Source: Methanolinea sp. UBA473
GTDB lineage: Archaea > Halobacteriota > Methanomicrobia > Methanomicrobiales > Methanospirillaceae
Direction of reading: 5' to 3'
Length of the DNA stretch: 46,938 nucleotides
NCBI GenBank assembly: GCA_002509495.1
Contig: DAEV01000012.1
Span: 4,714 to 51,651, forward strand
Numbering within the stretch: position 1 is the stretch's first letter; each line of letters begins with the position of its first letter. Shown here piece after piece: positions 44,707 through 46,938 of this stretch. A program made the translations under genes and the position numbers. The notes under the pieces were generated by a model. That model ran no database searches, was not told the DNA's origin, and saw only the letters and a list, made by a program, of their open reading frames with translations.

Positions 44707-45291
44707 TTGGCCAGGGACAGCAGGAGGTCCACAGGCATATCGGGCCTGGACCTTGCCATCGAAGGCGGATTTCCCCACGGGGCCTCAATAATTGTGGAGG
44801 GCTCCCCGCTGACGGGGATTGACCATATGGCCCGGCAGTTCTGGAAAGTGGAGAACGAGTCGGGCGCCTATCTCATGATTGACGGAGAGGTGGAGCCAGG
44901 TATGACCGACGCCCGGGCGATTCCCCTCGACCAGTTCCCGTCCCTCTGCACGGGCGATCGTGTAGTGGTCGATTCGCTCTCTTCTCTGATCCTGAAGTTC
45001 GGGATTGACCCGGCGATTACCTGCATGGATTCCATACGGAAGGAGGCCGCAGCCCGGAATTCAAATACGATGTTCATCCTGTACAGCGATCTGCATCCCG
45101 CCCCCGAAGAGATCCGAATCCTGCGGCTTGCCGACGTGGTGATCGAGTTGAAAGAGGTCATTTTCATGAACGAGATCGAGCGGCAGCTGGCAGTGCACAA
45201 GATTCGGCGTGGACAGGTTCCGAAGCGGCTCATCCCCTTCAACATCACCGACAAAGGAATCGAGCTCTCCACTACTTCCAGGGTTGTATAA
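44707..45291 (+). CDS. KaiC/RadA-like (RecA-superfamily) domain protein with degenerate Walker A
   Basis: 194 aa with a TTG start. STGISGLDLAIEGGFPHGASIIVEGSPLTGIDHMARQF aligns with the KaiC-type TGIPGLD...G.PGTGKT..A.QF, but the GK[ST] is missing. Walker-B-like VVVDSLS is retained. Confidence 0.55.
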   Translation: MARDSRRSTGISGLDLAIEGGFPHGASIIVEGSPLTGIDHMARQFWKVENESGAYLMIDGEVEPGMTDARAIPLDQFPSLCTGDRVVVDSLSSLILKFGIDPAITCMDSIRKEAAARNSNTMFILYSDLHPAPEEIRILRLADVVIELKEVIFMNEIERQLAVHKIRRGQVPKRLIPFNITDKGIELSTTSRVV

Positions 45292-45308
45292 GGAAACGGA
45301 TCCTTTCC

Positions 45309-46217
45309 TCACCCAAGCAGTTCCTTTCTCACTTCCCGTGTCGCAGCGGACATTCTGGAAAGCTTCATCGAGGCGGACTCACGGGACAGCATCCGAAGAC
45401 CGCAGTCGGGGTCGATGAGGAGCGTATCCGGGCCCAGGAGATCGATTCCCTTATGGATCCTGTCGCGGACGACTTCGATCGGCTCGACATCCATGCTGGT
45501 GGAATCTATGCATCCGAGCCCGATTCTCCTGCCTGACAGATCCCTCCGATCCAGCAGGTCAAGGTTTTCCGGACTCCTTGCACATTCGATGTCCAGGACG
45601 TCCACCGGAATGGCCAGGAGGAAGTCGATGACCCCTGAGAGATCCCCGCATACATGGAGGCTGACCGGGACCGAAAGGCTGGAGATCACGACCTCGAGTG
45701 CATTCCGAGCGGCTTCCATGTCTGCGGCTCCGGTTGAGAGGATCGGCTCGTCCACCTGGATCATGCAGACCCCGGCCTGCTCCAGGAACGAGGCCTCTGC
45801 CTTTAATGCCTTCGCCAGGTCAAGGGCCACGTCATTCCGGTCCCGGTACATTCGTGTCGAGAGGTGGAGCGCATGCGATAACGTGGTCGGCCCGGTCAGG
45901 ATCCCCTTCACCCACCGGTGGCGGGAAAGGGCATAGCGCGTGTCGCGGAGGGTGATGGCCCCGGATGCGGGCAGGATCTTCCCCGTCACCTCCTGGCCCT
46001 GGATCCCGGGAAGACGGGATGTGAAGGCCCGGACCATGTCCCCCCTCACCTGGCCGTCAGAGATGAGGTCGATTCCTGCCGTAATCTGGTCTTCCACCGC
46101 GATCCTGACCGAATGGCGGAAGGGATCCAGGAACCGGGAAATGCCTTTTCCTGGAACAACCGGGTAGCTTCCCACGACGGTGGTGGGAAGAACGGGCAGA
46201 TCGGGAAACGGCCTCAT
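45309..46217 (-). CDS. metE: Methionine synthase, short archaeal cobalamin-independent MetE-like (Zn-dependent homocysteine methyltransferase)
   Basis: 302 aa. VVGSYP, DGQ, Zn-ligand contexts LHVCGD and IDPDCGL. Its start overlaps the aspS stop (ATGA at 46214-46217). Confidence 0.78.
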   Translation of the reverse strand: MRPFPDLPVLPTTVVGSYPVVPGKGISRFLDPFRHSVRIAVEDQITAGIDLISDGQVRGDMVRAFTSRLPGIQGQEVTGKILPASGAITLRDTRYALSRHRWVKGILTGPTTLSHALHLSTRMYRDRNDVALDLAKALKAEASFLEQAGVCMIQVDEPILSTGAADMEAARNALEVVISSLSVPVSLHVCGDLSGVIDFLLAIPVDVLDIECARSPENLDLLDRRDLSGRRIGLGCIDSTSMDVEPIEVVRDRIHKGIDLLGPDTLLIDPDCGLRMLSRESASMKLSRMSAATREVRKELLG

Positions 46218-46938
46218 GGTACCAATCGGTGCCGATCCCTCGGGAAGAGTACCGCCTCCCTGATGTTGGGAAGGCCGAGCATAGTCATGAGAAGTCGTTC
46301 AGCCCCGAGACCCCACCCTGAGTGGGGAGGCATCCCGTAACGGAAGGGCTCGAGGTAGAAAGAGAAATTATCAGGATTAAGTCCCTTGGCCTGGATCTGC
46401 TGAACGAGGAGGTCATGCTGATGGACGCGCTCAGCCCCCGATGAGAGCTCCATCCGGGGATGCATGAGGTCGAAGGCCTTGCAGATCGCGGGATCCGTTT
46501 CGTACGGCATGGCATAGTACGGCTTGATCTCTGTCGGCCAGTCCGTAATGAAGTAATGAACCCCCATCTCTTCCCCGATGGCCTTTTCCGCGGCTGTCCC
46601 GATATCGTCACCGTACCTGATGGGCTCGCTGGTTTTCGCTGCCGCGATCTCGATGGCGTCGCTGTAGGAAAGGCGGGGGAACGGGGTGTCGGGGACTTCG
46701 AAGTTGCGGATCTCGAGTTCCTCGAGGAAGGGGGAACACTGGTCCTGTACTGTGCGGTAGCAGGAACGAACCAGGTCTTCTAACAGGTCCATGACCTCCA
46801 GGTGATCGGCGAACGAGACCTCGACATCGATCGAGGTAGCCTCGTTTAGGTGCTTGGTAGTGTTATGTTCCTCGGCCCTGAAAATAGGGCCGATTTCGAA
46901 GACCTTCTCAAATCCTGCCGCCATCATCATCTGCTTGT
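46214..46938 (-). CDS. aspS: Aspartate--tRNA ligase, C-terminal catalytic part. The 5' end lies beyond the window.
   Basis: Class II motifs: [11 protein letters not shown] (motif 2) and [17 protein letters not shown] (motif 3). The reading frame stays open to the window edge (..[12 protein letters not shown]). Confidence 0.9.
   Translation of the reverse strand, partial: KQMMMAAGFEKVFEIGPIFRAEEHNTTKHLNEATSIDVEVSFADHLEVMDLLEDLVRSCYRTVQDQCSPFLEELEIRNFEVPDTPFPRLSYSDAIEIAAAKTSEPIRYGDDIGTAAEKAIGEEMGVHYFITDWPTEIKPYYAMPYETDPAICKAFDLMHPRMELSSGAERVHQHDLLVQQIQAKGLNPDNFSFYLEPFRYGMPPHSGWGLGAERLLMTMLGLPNIREAVLFPRDRHRLVP

Noticed and set aside
41709-44759. Three long antisense ORFs (41709..42743, 42966..43895 and 43920..44759, minus strand) opposite cdc48 and the acyl-CoA ligase
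   Set aside because: They lie opposite genes with unambiguous AAA+ and AMP-binding motifs. Their translations are Pro/Arg/Gly-rich without recognisable domains. They are GC-driven open frames.
1-46938. Scan for CRISPR arrays, rRNA or tRNA genes and IS elements
   Set aside because: I found no regularly spaced 25-40-nt direct repeats, no rRNA-like conserved stretches, no cloverleaf candidates in the spacers, and no transposase-like ORFs or terminal inverted repeats by eye.

Overview
A 46.9-kb, densely coding chromosomal segment from a methanogenic archaeon. The taxon is inferred from gene content: archaeal type-II GAPDH, RadB, Cdc48, Tsr3, the MCR component A2 and six methanogenesis marker proteins. 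By eye the GC content is high, roughly 58-62%, which fits a Methanomicrobiales-like genome. I call about 44 protein genes. I found no rRNA, tRNA, CRISPR array, transposase or integrase.

Housekeeping genes:
- rio1 (partial), tyrS, gap, an AlkA-like glycosylase and tsr3
- ygiQ, an e2b2-like isomerase and dapF
- ccdA plus a TlpA-like redoxin, radB, larC and cdc48
- an acyl-CoA ligase, a short metE and aspS (partial)

Accessory or less ordinary blocks:
1. 4.3-7.5 kb: a stand-alone receiver domain, divergent from an HTH plus multi-PAS regulator. The regulator is split by loss of one T in a T-run.
2. 8.0-14.6 kb: a convergent envelope-glycosylation cluster. It contains two tandem GT-C paralogs, a GT2 polyprenyl-phosphate-sugar synthase and a flippase-like/methyltransferase fusion. 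It is led by an unusual fusion of a TudS(DUF523)-like domain to a nucleoside 2-deoxyribosyltransferase-like domain.
3. 15.9-18.9 kb: LemA, DUF2207 and a PPC-domain protein.
4. 21.5-23.8 kb: a secreted protein with an internal module repeat, a META domain and an emfourin-like domain, followed by an FxLYD-like lipoprotein.
5. 23.85-31.5 kb: a seven-gene, translationally coupled operon, atwA-mmp3-mmp6-mmp5-mmp15-mmp17-mmp7, preceded by a soluble P-type-ATPase-like HAD gene.
6. 33.5-37.4 kb: the best candidate for something undescribed. This is a lower-GC island with no mobility genes. It encodes a secreted protein with a clan-CD-style His-Gly/Ala-Cys dyad and two membrane-anchored paralogs of unknown function. 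The second paralog is decayed. The island is preceded by an AT-rich leader with three 19-nt-phased repeats.

All domain assignments come from motif recognition by eye. No database search was run.
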